A DNA stretch of 64,000 nucleotides from the IMG/VR virus record IMGVR_UViG_3300028392_000041, positions 32,001 to 96,000 of that record. One strand, 5' to 3'. The notes below the pieces were generated by a model that saw nothing but the letters and a program-made list of their open reading frames with translations, did not search any database and was not told the origin of the DNA. A program made the translations under genes and the position numbers. Positions 50,079 through 57,338 of the stretch are shown one piece after another. Each line of letters starts with the position of its first letter. Positions within the stretch are counted from its first letter, which is position 1. Source of the DNA: a virus.

Positions 50079-50224
50079 TTAGTTTAGTGCTATCGTGCCG
50101 ATTTGCCAAAAATGTAGCTAACACTGGCGAGCGAGTGGCAGTTATATCAGACAGTGTCAGTCGCACCCTAACTGTCGAGTAGTCATAGCGTCCTATGACG
50201 ATTACCTTGATAACACTAAACTAA
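50079..50224 (-). ncRNA. Candidate structured RNA A
   Basis: 16-bp closing stem with one G.U pair on the minus strand; internal hairpins; directly follows the CCA of tRNA-Gly. Confidence 0.55.
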
Positions 50225-50298
50225 TGGAGCGGGATATCAGAATCGAACTGATGACGAAAGATTGGAAATCTCTAGTTTTGCCATTAAACTAATCCCGC
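50225..50298 (-). tRNA. tRNA-Gly(TCC)
   Basis: Cloverleaf, U73, CCA. Confidence 0.92.
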
Positions 50299-50300
50299 AA

Positions 50301-50535
50301 ATGCTTCCTGTCCGTCGTGGTAATTATAGTACATCAGGATTTAGTTGGTTGTCTCTCATATCCATCACGCATACCCTCCACCCACTCGCCACGGACAGAA
50401 CTCTCGTGTTGCCAACGCTGGTTAGGTCGACCCATGATTTTACTCATGCCCTATTCAAAGGGAGAACCATCCTACTGATAGCCAATCAGTTTCTCTCATG
50501 CGGATCACATTAGCAGTGGTTAGCTGCGAGCCCAT
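50301..50535 (-). ncRNA. Candidate structured RNA B
   Basis: GC-rich non-coding segment behind its own promoter; TTCTGTCCGTGG pairs with CCACGACGGACAGGA. Confidence 0.45.
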
Positions 50536-50586
50536 ATAGTAATTATACCCGACTTATACTAAAATGTCAAATCGAATGCAATTATT

Positions 50587-50662
50587 TGGAGTAGGTGACA
50601 GGAATCGAACCTGCATTATTCAGATTTGCAATCTGCTGCCTAGCCATTCAGCGCACACCTAC
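50587..50662 (-). tRNA. tRNA-Cys(GCA)
   Basis: Cloverleaf, U73, CCA. Confidence 0.9.
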
Positions 50663-51213
50663 ATTAACCTTACTCTGCTGTGTTTAGGAACACCCGATAA
50701 CAAGTAATCCATTTGATCAGCAAGAATTTGTCTGTTTTCTAAAATCATTCTTTCGTAGTGGTTTGGTTCGTACGGAACATATAAAAGTTCCATATTTGCT
50801 TTCTCTAGTGACTTGCTACCTTTTTTGGCATTGCACTTCAAACAAGCAGTAACCACATTCATCCAGATATTCAGACCACCCTTTGAAACAGGATGAATAT
50901 GATCTCTAGACAAATGACCAGAACCATGTACATCACCGCAGTAAGCGCACATGTGTCTGTCTCTACCGAACAATGTTTTGTTTGTTAGAACAACTTTACC
51001 AATTCTTTCGATAGAGGTATTACCTTTTACGGCAATGATTGATTTAGTTTCTAGTACTGACTGTGTCCCATCGTTACGGTAGCCACCACGGTATGTCGCG
51101 ATAGTTTCACCAAGCGACCAAACAACTTGGTCTTTGGCGTGGTAACAAATTGCATCATCAAAATTTACCCATGCTCTTGGTAAACCTGATGAGTCCAGTG
51201 CTAGAACATTCAT
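50659..51213 (-). CDS. HNH endonuclease
   Basis: RD.HMCAYCG, DHIHPVSKGG, NVVTAC..CN..K. Confidence 0.9.
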   Translation of the reverse strand: MNVLALDSSGLPRAWVNFDDAICYHAKDQVVWSLGETIATYRGGYRNDGTQSVLETKSIIAVKGNTSIERIGKVVLTNKTLFGRDRHMCAYCGDVHGSGHLSRDHIHPVSKGGLNIWMNVVTACLKCNAKKGSKSLEKANMELLYVPYEPNHYERMILENRQILADQMDYLLSGVPKHSRVRLM

Positions 51214-51244
51214 ATCATTCCCTTTCTTGTTCTACTATTTAGAT

Positions 51245-51321
51245 TGGTGTCCCCCAAGGGATTCGAACCCTCATCTTATCAATTATGAGTTGACAGCATT
51301 GACCAGTTATGCTAAAGGAAC
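51245..51321 (-). tRNA. tRNA-CAT (Met or Ile2)
   Basis: Cloverleaf, loop CT-CAT-AA. Confidence 0.85.
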
Positions 51322-51323
51322 AT

Positions 51324-51400
51324 TGGTGCGGATACCGAGACTCGAACTCGGAGAACTCAGATTTTAAGTCTGATATGTATACCAATTCCATCATATCCGC
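51324..51400 (-). tRNA. tRNA-Leu(TAA), short variable loop
   Basis: Loop CT-TAA-AA, A73. Confidence 0.85.
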
Positions 51401-51405
51401 AAACT

Positions 51406-51480
51406 TGGTGCCCCGAGAGGGAATTGAACCCCCATAATGACTTTAGAAGAATCATGTCCTATCCATTGAACGATCGGGGC
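51406..51480 (-). tRNA. tRNA-Arg(TCT)
   Basis: Cloverleaf, CCA. Confidence 0.9.
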
Positions 51481-51487
51481 AATACAC

Positions 51488-51577
51488 TGGTGGAAGATCA
51501 GGGAGTCGAACCCTGTGAGCGTATTACTACACTCTACGGATTAGCAATCCGCTGCATTACCATCCTGCCCATCTTCC
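51488..51577 (-). tRNA. tRNA-Ser(GCT)
   Basis: Long variable arm, CCA. Confidence 0.9.
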
Positions 51578-51582
51578 TAACT

Positions 51583-51656
51583 TGGCATCCCAGCAGGGAC
51601 TTGAACCCCGACTAATAGTTTTGGAGACTATCGTGCTGCCATTACACTACTGAGAT
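51583..51656 (-). tRNA. tRNA-Trp(CCA)
   Basis: Cloverleaf, G73. Confidence 0.9.
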
Positions 51657-51661
51657 ATATT

Positions 51662-51735
51662 TGGTGCCCCATGACAGAATCGAACTGCCGTAACCTGATT
51701 ACAAAACAGGTGTAATACCATTATACTAATAGGGC
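51662..51735 (-). tRNA. tRNA-Thr(TGT)
   Basis: Cloverleaf, CCA. Confidence 0.9.
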
Positions 51736-51743
51736 AAAAATTT

Positions 51744-51818
51744 TGGTGGAGGATGGGAGGATCGAACTCCCACTTCATGCTTGCAAAGCACATGTGCTCC
51801 CATTATCACTAATCCCCC
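51744..51818 (-). tRNA. tRNA-Ala(TGC)
   Basis: G3.U70, CCA. Confidence 0.92.
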
Positions 51819-51824
51819 AAAACA

Positions 51825-51901
<77 letters not shown>

Positions 51902-51909
51902 AATAAAAC

Positions 51910-51984
51910 TGGCTCCGAAGGCAGGGATCGAACCTGCGACCAATTGATTAACAGTCAACTGCACTACCGCTGTGCTACTTCGGA
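51910..51984 (-). tRNA. tRNA-Asn(GTT)
   Basis: Cloverleaf, G73. Confidence 0.93.
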
Positions 51985-51990
51985 ATATAC

Positions 51991-52065
51991 TGGAGCAGGA
52001 TATCGGATTTGAACCGATGACATTTTCGTTGGCAACGAAACATTCTACCACTGAATTAATCCTGC
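51991..52065 (-). tRNA. tRNA-Gly(GCC)
   Basis: Cloverleaf, U73. Confidence 0.92.
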
Positions 52066-52074
52066 ATAAAAACT

Positions 52075-52149
52075 TGGTACCTTGTGACAGATTCGAACTG
52101 CCGACCTTCTCCGTGTAAAAGAGACATTCTACCACTGAAATAACAAGGC
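52075..52149 (-). tRNA. tRNA-Val(TAC)
   Basis: Cloverleaf, CCA. Confidence 0.9.
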
Positions 52150-52152
52150 ATT

Positions 52153-52229
52153 TGGTACCGAGGGTGGGACTCGAACCCACAAGATTTAGTTTCTAAGACT
52201 AACATGTATACCAATTCCATCACCTCGGC
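52153..52229 (-). tRNA. tRNA-Leu(TAG), short variable loop
   Basis: Loop CT-TAG-AA. Confidence 0.85.
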
Positions 52230-52237
52230 ATTAACTA

Positions 52238-52315
52238 TGGTACCCCACCCCTGATTCGAACAGGGATACCTCTTCCTTTTGAGAGAAGCGACTTTACCAA
52301 TTTGTCCAGTGGGGC
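52238..52315 (-). tRNA. tRNA-Leu(CAA), short variable loop
   Basis: Loop CT-CAA-AA. Confidence 0.85.
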
Positions 52316-52317
52316 AC

Positions 52318-52392
52318 TGGTACTCGGTGATGGTTACGATCCATCTACAGCTGCCTTATCAAGACAGTACCTCACCATTCGGTCTACCGAGT
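52318..52392 (-). tRNA. tRNA-Ile(GAT)
   Basis: Cloverleaf with atypical T-loop ATCGTAA. Confidence 0.8.
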
Positions 52393-52398
52393 ATAATA

Positions 52399-52487
52399 TG
52401 GAGGAAGGATGGTAGAATCGAACTCCATGCGCTTTCGCACACCTTCTGCTTTCAAAACAGAGTCCAGCCCAGCTGAATTAACCTTCC
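52399..52487 (-). tRNA. tRNA-Ser(TGA), non-canonical fold
   Basis: Long variable arm, extended D-stem, bulged T-stem, U73. Confidence 0.75.
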
Positions 52488-52492
52488 GTATC

Positions 52493-52567
52493 TGGTAGTG
52501 ATAGTAGGATTCGAACCTACGATAACTTGCGTATGAAGCAAGCGCATTACCACTTTGCTATATCACT
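52493..52567 (-). tRNA. tRNA-Met(CAT)
   Basis: Loop TT-CAT-AC. Confidence 0.88.
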
Positions 52568-52577
52568 AAAAACTTTT

Positions 52578-52651
52578 TGGGGTGACTAGTGGGAGTTGAA
52601 CCCACACGAAGAGAATCACAATCTCTGATGCTACCATTACATCATAGTCAC
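52578..52651 (-). tRNA. tRNA-His(GTG)
   Basis: Cloverleaf, C73. Confidence 0.9.
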
Positions 52652-52664
52652 ACCAAAAAGTTCT

Positions 52665-52738
52665 TGGTAGGGGCACAGAGAATCGAACTCTGATTTGTTG
52701 GTTAAAAGCCGACTACTTTTCCGTTAAGTTATACCCCC
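52665..52738 (-). tRNA. tRNA-Lys(TTT)
   Basis: Cloverleaf, one anticodon-stem mismatch. Confidence 0.88.
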
Positions 52739-52853
52739 GAATCTTATCTAACCTGCGCAATGCTTTGTTTGTTTTGCGATGCGCACCAGCTTTTCTAAAC
52801 AATGCCAGAACAACGAACTGGTTGCGTTGCTTGGCGATCATCTTTCGCTTCAT
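52713..52853 (-). CDS. Small basic protein (46 aa) reading into tRNA-Lys
   Basis: AGGAGA RBS; MKRKMIAKQRNQFVVLALFRKAGAHRKTNKALRRLDKIRGYNLTEK*. Confidence 0.7.
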   Translation of the reverse strand: MKRKMIAKQRNQFVVLALFRKAGAHRKTNKALRRLDKIRGYNLTEK

Positions 52854-52871
52854 CGTTCTTCTCCTAAAAAT

Positions 52872-52947
52872 TGGTACCCCATAAAGGAATCGAACCTCTA
52901 CCTCTGCGTTCGTAGCACAGTATGATTATCCATTTCACCAATGGGGC
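52872..52947 (-). tRNA. tRNA-Arg(ACG)
   Basis: Cloverleaf, CCA. Confidence 0.9.
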
Positions 52948-52953
52948 ATAATA

Positions 52954-53029
52954 TGGTACCGAGAGTAGGACTTGAACCTACCACACCTTGTGCTTCAAAC
53001 AAGTGCTCTACCAGATGAGCTACCTCGGC
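52954..53029 (-). tRNA. tRNA-Phe(GAA)
   Basis: Cloverleaf, CCA. Confidence 0.9.
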
Positions 53030-53037
53030 AAAAATTT

Positions 53038-53112
53038 TGGCGACTCGTAGGGGAATCGAACCCCTGTATCCTGTTAGACAGACAGGTATAATGACCATTA
53101 TATGAACGAGCC
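53038..53112 (-). tRNA. tRNA-Asp(GTC)
   Basis: Cloverleaf, G73. Confidence 0.9.
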
Positions 53113-53119
53113 AAAAAAC

Positions 53120-53208
53120 TGGTGGAAGTGGTAGGATTCGAACCTACAGCGTTTCTTATGTGGCGGATTTACAGTCCGTTGCCTTCAACCAATTCAGCAC
53201 ACACTTCC
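53120..53208 (-). tRNA. tRNA-Tyr(GTA)
   Basis: Long variable region, CCA. Confidence 0.9.
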
Positions 53209-53215
53209 AAAACTT

Positions 53216-53291
53216 TGGTACACCATGGGGGAATCGAACCCCTCCTTTTGTCTGTGAAAGAGACATGTCCTAACCGATAGACGAATGGTGC
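53216..53291 (-). tRNA. tRNA-Glu(TTC)
   Basis: Cloverleaf, CCA. Confidence 0.9.
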
Positions 53292-53296
53292 ATATA

Positions 53297-53533
53297 CCAA
53301 ACTAAAATACACTGGGATGATCAGCAACAACCATCACCCGATGGCTAACCACGCTGTCGTCCAGCGATTGGTCGCTTCTCACATTACATTCCAACTTTCT
53401 CCAGCGTGACCACCGTATCCGTCTTACGACTTCGTTTCCATCTTTCGTGTAATCTAGCGAGCGATACTCCGTCGAGTATCCTGAACTCCTAGATCACCTA
53501 CTGGTTTTGGTAACCCAATGTATTTTAGTTTGG
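53297..53533 (-). ncRNA. Candidate structured RNA C
   Basis: 20-bp closing stem (one G.U on the minus strand) enclosing ~200 nt of GC-rich hairpins between tRNA-Gln and tRNA-Glu. Confidence 0.6.
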
Positions 53534-53604
53534 CAGGGGTACTTGGAATCGAACCAAGAACGACGGAATCAAAATCCGTTGTGATACCACTTCACTATAC
53601 CCCA
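53531..53604 (-). tRNA. tRNA-Gln(TTG)
   Basis: Cloverleaf, G73. Confidence 0.9.
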
Positions 53605-53620
53605 ACAACTATCGCGAAAT

Positions 53621-53668
53621 TTTTAAAGAGCAGGATTGAATTATACATCGAAACGAAATATAAGTCAA
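53621..53668 (-). promoter_or_regulatory. tRNA-operon proximal promoter followed by a boxA-like element
   Basis: TTGACT(53668-63)-17-TATAAT(53645-40), then TGCTCTTTAAAA (53632-21). Confidence 0.8.
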
Positions 53669-53701
53669 TCAATAACCCTACAAATTAGTAGGGTATAAAA
53701 C

Positions 53702-53732
53702 AAAAAACCCTCGGGACTTTCATCTCCGAGGG
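53702..53732 (-). terminator. Intrinsic terminator (attenuator candidate)
   Basis: CCCTCGG-A-GAT-GAAA-GTC-CCGAGGG-TTTTTT. Confidence 0.88.
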
Positions 53733-53761
53733 TTTTGGTAAATAAATTTGTAGTCTAAGAC

Positions 53762-53887
53762 TTACTTACCAAAACCCCCTGAATCATTCTCAATCGCATA
53801 TCCTAATGATGATACTGTGCGTGAGCATGTCCAGCCACTAAACAGTGGGAGCGGATGCTTCTGCATGGATATCGATCTTAGTAACAT
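53762..53887 (-). CDS. Putative leader peptide containing all 20 amino acids
   Basis: MLLRSISMQKHPLPLFSGWTCSRTVSSLGYAIENDSGGFGK*; its 3' end is complementary to the terminator 5' arm. Confidence 0.7.
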   Translation of the reverse strand: MLLRSISMQKHPLPLFSGWTCSRTVSSLGYAIENDSGGFGK

Positions 53888-53937
53888 TTGAAAATTTATT
53901 CCTTGAAAATTTGATAAGAACCTAAGTCCTTATCGTT

Positions 53938-53977
53938 TATTTATAGTAATTATACACTCAATTTGATTAAATGTCAA
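53938..53977 (-). promoter_or_regulatory. Tandem sigma70 consensus promoter and T4 late promoter driving the leader
   Basis: TTGACA(53977-72)-17-TATAAT(53954-49); TATAAATA at 53945-38. Confidence 0.85.
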
Positions 53978-54401
53978 TCTTTTTTACATTTATTTTGCAA
54001 CTATTCAGAAAATTAATTCCGTCTTCATCACGATACGCATCACGATAATAGACTGTGTTTATTCCTGCGCCATGAACCAACTTAGCGCAATGAATACAGG
54101 GAGCATGGGTGCAGAATAGAGTACTACCATTGCCACTTTCTCCATCACGAGCCAACTTGAGTATAGCATTTGCTTCAGCATGAATAACCTCATCTTTCGT
54201 TTTCAAAACAACAGTATCATCAGACAACTGAACCACATTCTCGCATTCATTTGTCCAACCAGCTGGCATACCATTGTAACCAATCGAGATAATACGATTA
54301 TCCTTGACTACGACAGCCCCAACTTTCAATCGCTTCGCTGAAGACAACTGAGCAAATCGTTCAGCTGTATCCATGAAGGCATCAACCCACTTCTGTTTCA
54401 A
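53967..54401 (-). CDS. dCMP deaminase
   Basis: GYNG, HAEANAI, PCIHC. Confidence 0.9.
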   Translation of the reverse strand: MKQKWVDAFMDTAERFAQLSSAKRLKVGAVVVKDNRIISIGYNGMPAGWTNECENVVQLSDDTVVLKTKDEVIHAEANAILKLARDGESGNGSTLFCTHAPCIHCAKLVHGAGINTVYYRDAYRDEDGINFLNSCKINVKKIDI

Positions 54402-54612
54402 TGTACTACCTCTTCAGTTTTCTTCATTGGTTGGTTAGAAATCTCAGAACACAATGTTCTAAAATCTTCACCAGCACCAAGTGAGTCACAAAGCAACATC
54501 ATTCGAGCCAACATCACTGCGCTCATGCTCAAGGCACTCATCTTATGTTGTTCTGCCCATGTAATCATTGTTCCGTCAATTTTCATTGACAATGCAATCA
54601 AATCTTCATCAG

Positions 54613-54762
54613 TCATTTGTGTTTTCCCATCCACTGCATTAGTATATCTCGTGCTTGGTGTTTAGTCAAACCAAACTCTTGCTGAAGATAAGGTGCTGCG
54701 CCAAACATGTTGGTGACACCACTCTTACGCAATTGTTCCAAATAATCAAAATACTGTTTCAT
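54613..54762 (-). CDS. Small conserved hypothetical protein
   Basis: MKQYFDYLEQLRKSGVTNMFGAAPYLQQEFGL... read by hand. Confidence 0.6.
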   Translation of the reverse strand: MKQYFDYLEQLRKSGVTNMFGAAPYLQQEFGLTKHQARDILMQWMGKHK

Positions 54763-55012
54763 TTCGCCATTACCTTTCCAAGTAAAGATTTTGCTTCATC
54801 AAAATTATCCAACTTTGCTTCAATCTCAAGCATCTCTGCTTTCAGTTTCAATTCACGAGAGTATGCGTCAAGCAATTGCTGAGCATAAACTCTGTCGTCT
54901 TCATCAGACTGTTCCCAGAATGCAGTAAAGTCATCGCCTTTGGTATTCAACAGAAACTCTAAATTATCGCGATCCCAATCGCTGGTAATAAACCCTTTGA
55001 ATCCTGACTGTA

Positions 55013-55297
55013 TCATACTGTTTCCTTAAAAATGTTAGACCATGTCAACAACTTATTCAGCTTCTCATTTTTCGCTGTCATTACAGCTGACTCACGGACA
55101 ATCCCATTGTCAATAAGCAAGTCAATCATGCACATTAAATCGCCAACTTCTTCTTCAAGATGTTCCCGATTTGTCAAACCCTTGTATTTGTCTGCGGTAC
55201 CAAACCGAAACACTTTACTAATCGCCTGAGTTACCTCGGCACATTCTTCTTGCGTAATCAGAAGGATTTCCTTCTGCACTTCATTCATTTCATTCAT
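55013..55297 (-). CDS. MazG-like NTP pyrophosphohydrolase
   Basis: EECAEV..AISK..RFG, LEEEVGDL. Confidence 0.75.
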   Translation of the reverse strand: MNEMNEVQKEILLITQEECAEVTQAISKVFRFGTADKYKGLTNREHLEEEVGDLMCMIDLLIDNGIVRESAVMTAKNEKLNKLLTWSNIFKETV

Positions 55298-56040
55298 CAA
55301 TACCATATTCACTTTCTTCATCATAAACTACAAAAACATCATCTTCAAATTCGTCATTCTGTTCGACTGCATCATAAACCATTTCCAATGGAACATCAAG
55401 GATCGCCGAGACGGAGATAGGTTTCAACCCTTCGTCAAGTAAATCCATAATTTTCGCATGTAAATCTGCAACTTGCTCTTGTGTCATACTGGTTCCTCAA
55501 TTTTTACAAGATTACCAACTCGCTCATCCCAGCGTTGTTGAACAATTTCGTTCACCCATTCAACTGGACAACCCAAGTCATCGGCAATTTCTTGACAAGA
55601 TTTGTAGTTGTGTGGACCACGAAATGTGTCAAGCGAGTAGTGGATATTTTCCCAAAGATCTTTCATCGCAGCCATGATTAAACCCTTTCTTCCATTTTTG
55701 CTTCCATAATTTCACCAAGGATAAACTTCGCAACATTCATCTGTTTACGAATATCTTCCTTGCTGAACCCATACTCAAGCATATGCTGGCAGTCAGACAT
55801 TATACCCATCACAACCATTTCAAGACCAGACAACTTAGCAGTGATGCTATTCATGTACTGTTCGCGAATGTCAGACTCAGGCATGCCGTAGCAGTTCTTT
55901 TCAAATTCAGTCATTTTCAGTTCCTTTTTAATCATCATAAGATAATTATACTTGATTTCTGAATTAATGTAAAGCACTATCGTGAAAAACCCTACACTCG
56001 GTAGGGTTAATAAAAATGGTTTAAAAACAAAGACTTAGGA

Positions 56041-56463
56041 CTACTTTTTGGCTGGTTTTTCCGTTTTTGGGATGAAACCATTGTCCTCAGCCCACTTTTT
56101 AGTGAGTTTTGGGTAAAGTTTGTTGAGTTTTTGGTCTTTGATTGCAATAAGCATTCTGGCTTCGTCTTCATGGATACCTTCCATAAGTCCAACGAACATC
56201 TGCTCACGCTGAAGTTGTTTCAAGTCAGCACGACAAAACACATAGAATCTACGCAATTCTGTGTATAGGTTTGTTGGTGTCATACCCAATGGCTCAGCTG
56301 ATGTTTTGTATGGTGGTTCACCATCAGGCAACAACCATTTTTTATCGGGCATATACGCATACTCAAAAATAATTTTAAGTGCTGGGATACGATCCTTGAA
56401 CTTGTCAAGATTCTTTGGGTCTGCATTCATAGCAGACAAAATTTCTGTTAGTGGCTGTGCCAT
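56041..56463 (-). CDS. Conserved T4-like hypothetical protein
   Basis: LPDGEPPY, REQMF..L.EG.H..EA. Confidence 0.65.
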   Translation of the reverse strand: MAQPLTEILSAMNADPKNLDKFKDRIPALKIIFEYAYMPDKKWLLPDGEPPYKTSAEPLGMTPTNLYTELRRFYVFCRADLKQLQREQMFVGLMEGIHEDEARMLIAIKDQKLNKLYPKLTKKWAEDNGFIPKTEKPAKK

Positions 56464-56464
56464 T

Positions 56465-57337
56465 TTAAAACTCCTCTATTTCGTCAAGTAACAACCGACA
56501 TCTGTTGGCAATGAGATAATTCATAATTGCCATCTTGTCGCCTTTTGGTTTAATACTTAGGTATGTATCAAGGATCACTTTCTTAATGTCATCAGGAATG
56601 TGATCAAAGTTTACCAAAATCTGATTGCGTTGCCAGTTGCGTCTTTCTTCATCATTGCGACAAGCAATAAATCCATCAGCCATAAACTCAGCCAATCGTT
56701 TAGAGGACACAGGTGTCTGCCGACTACCAACAACAAAACAATCATCTTTACTCAGAATATTTGGAATACCATCACCAGTATCACCCTTAACAATGTGAGT
56801 AATATAGTTTTCATGAATCTCAGACTTCTTGGCAGTAATCATCTTACGCAAGAGAGGGCTGTACTGTTTAACATTGTCAAACTTATGCAACTGTTTAAAG
56901 TCTTTGTCGCTTGAAACAATCATCACATTTTCATTGAACCCAAACTCTTGAGTCTGTTGTGTCAGAACCGCAATGATGTCATCAGCTTCGCACTGGTCAA
57001 GATGCATAACTTTGTATGGAAAGAACTCAATCAGTTCCTCACGAATTTTACTTAGCGTGTCAAAAATCATGCCCCAATCTAGATCGGATGCGTCACGATT
57101 TTTCTTGCGACTTGCTTTGTAGTGTTCAAAGTACTGACGACGCCAGTAGTTACGCCCATCACAAGCAATGACAATATCACCATAGTCTTTACCATACTTT
57201 TTCTTGTATGATTTGATGGTTGATAGAGTCGCATGGCGAATCAAGTCAGTTGTTTGTTTAGCATCGCCTGACATCAGTTCCTTCTTGAAGGATAGGATGT
57301 TAGCAAGGGAAACCTGCGAATAGTCAATTAGAATCAT
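56465..57337 (-). CDS. rnh: T4-type RNase H (5'-3' exonuclease)
   Basis: MILIDYSQ, YWR...F..YKASR, EADDIIA, SSDKDF.QL, GD.GDGIPN. Confidence 0.93.
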   Translation of the reverse strand: MILIDYSQVSLANILSFKKELMSGDAKQTTDLIRHATLSTIKSYKKKYGKDYGDIVIACDGRNYWRRQYFEHYKASRKKNRDASDLDWGMIFDTLSKIREELIEFFPYKVMHLDQCEADDIIAVLTQQTQEFGFNENVMIVSSDKDFKQLHKFDNVKQYSPLLRKMITAKKSEIHENYITHIVKGDTGDGIPNILSKDDCFVVGSRQTPVSSKRLAEFMADGFIACRNDEERRNWQRNQILVNFDHIPDDIKKVILDTYLSIKPKGDKMAIMNYLIANRCRLLLDEIEEF

Positions 57338-57338
57338 T

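Noticed and set aside
50659-51213. Group I intron around the HNH gene
   Set aside because: Flanking tRNAs are complete and no intron core is visible
52571-52662. Missing G-1 and flanking inverted repeat at tRNA-His
   Set aside because: Real but minor; cannot tell processing variation from function by sequence alone
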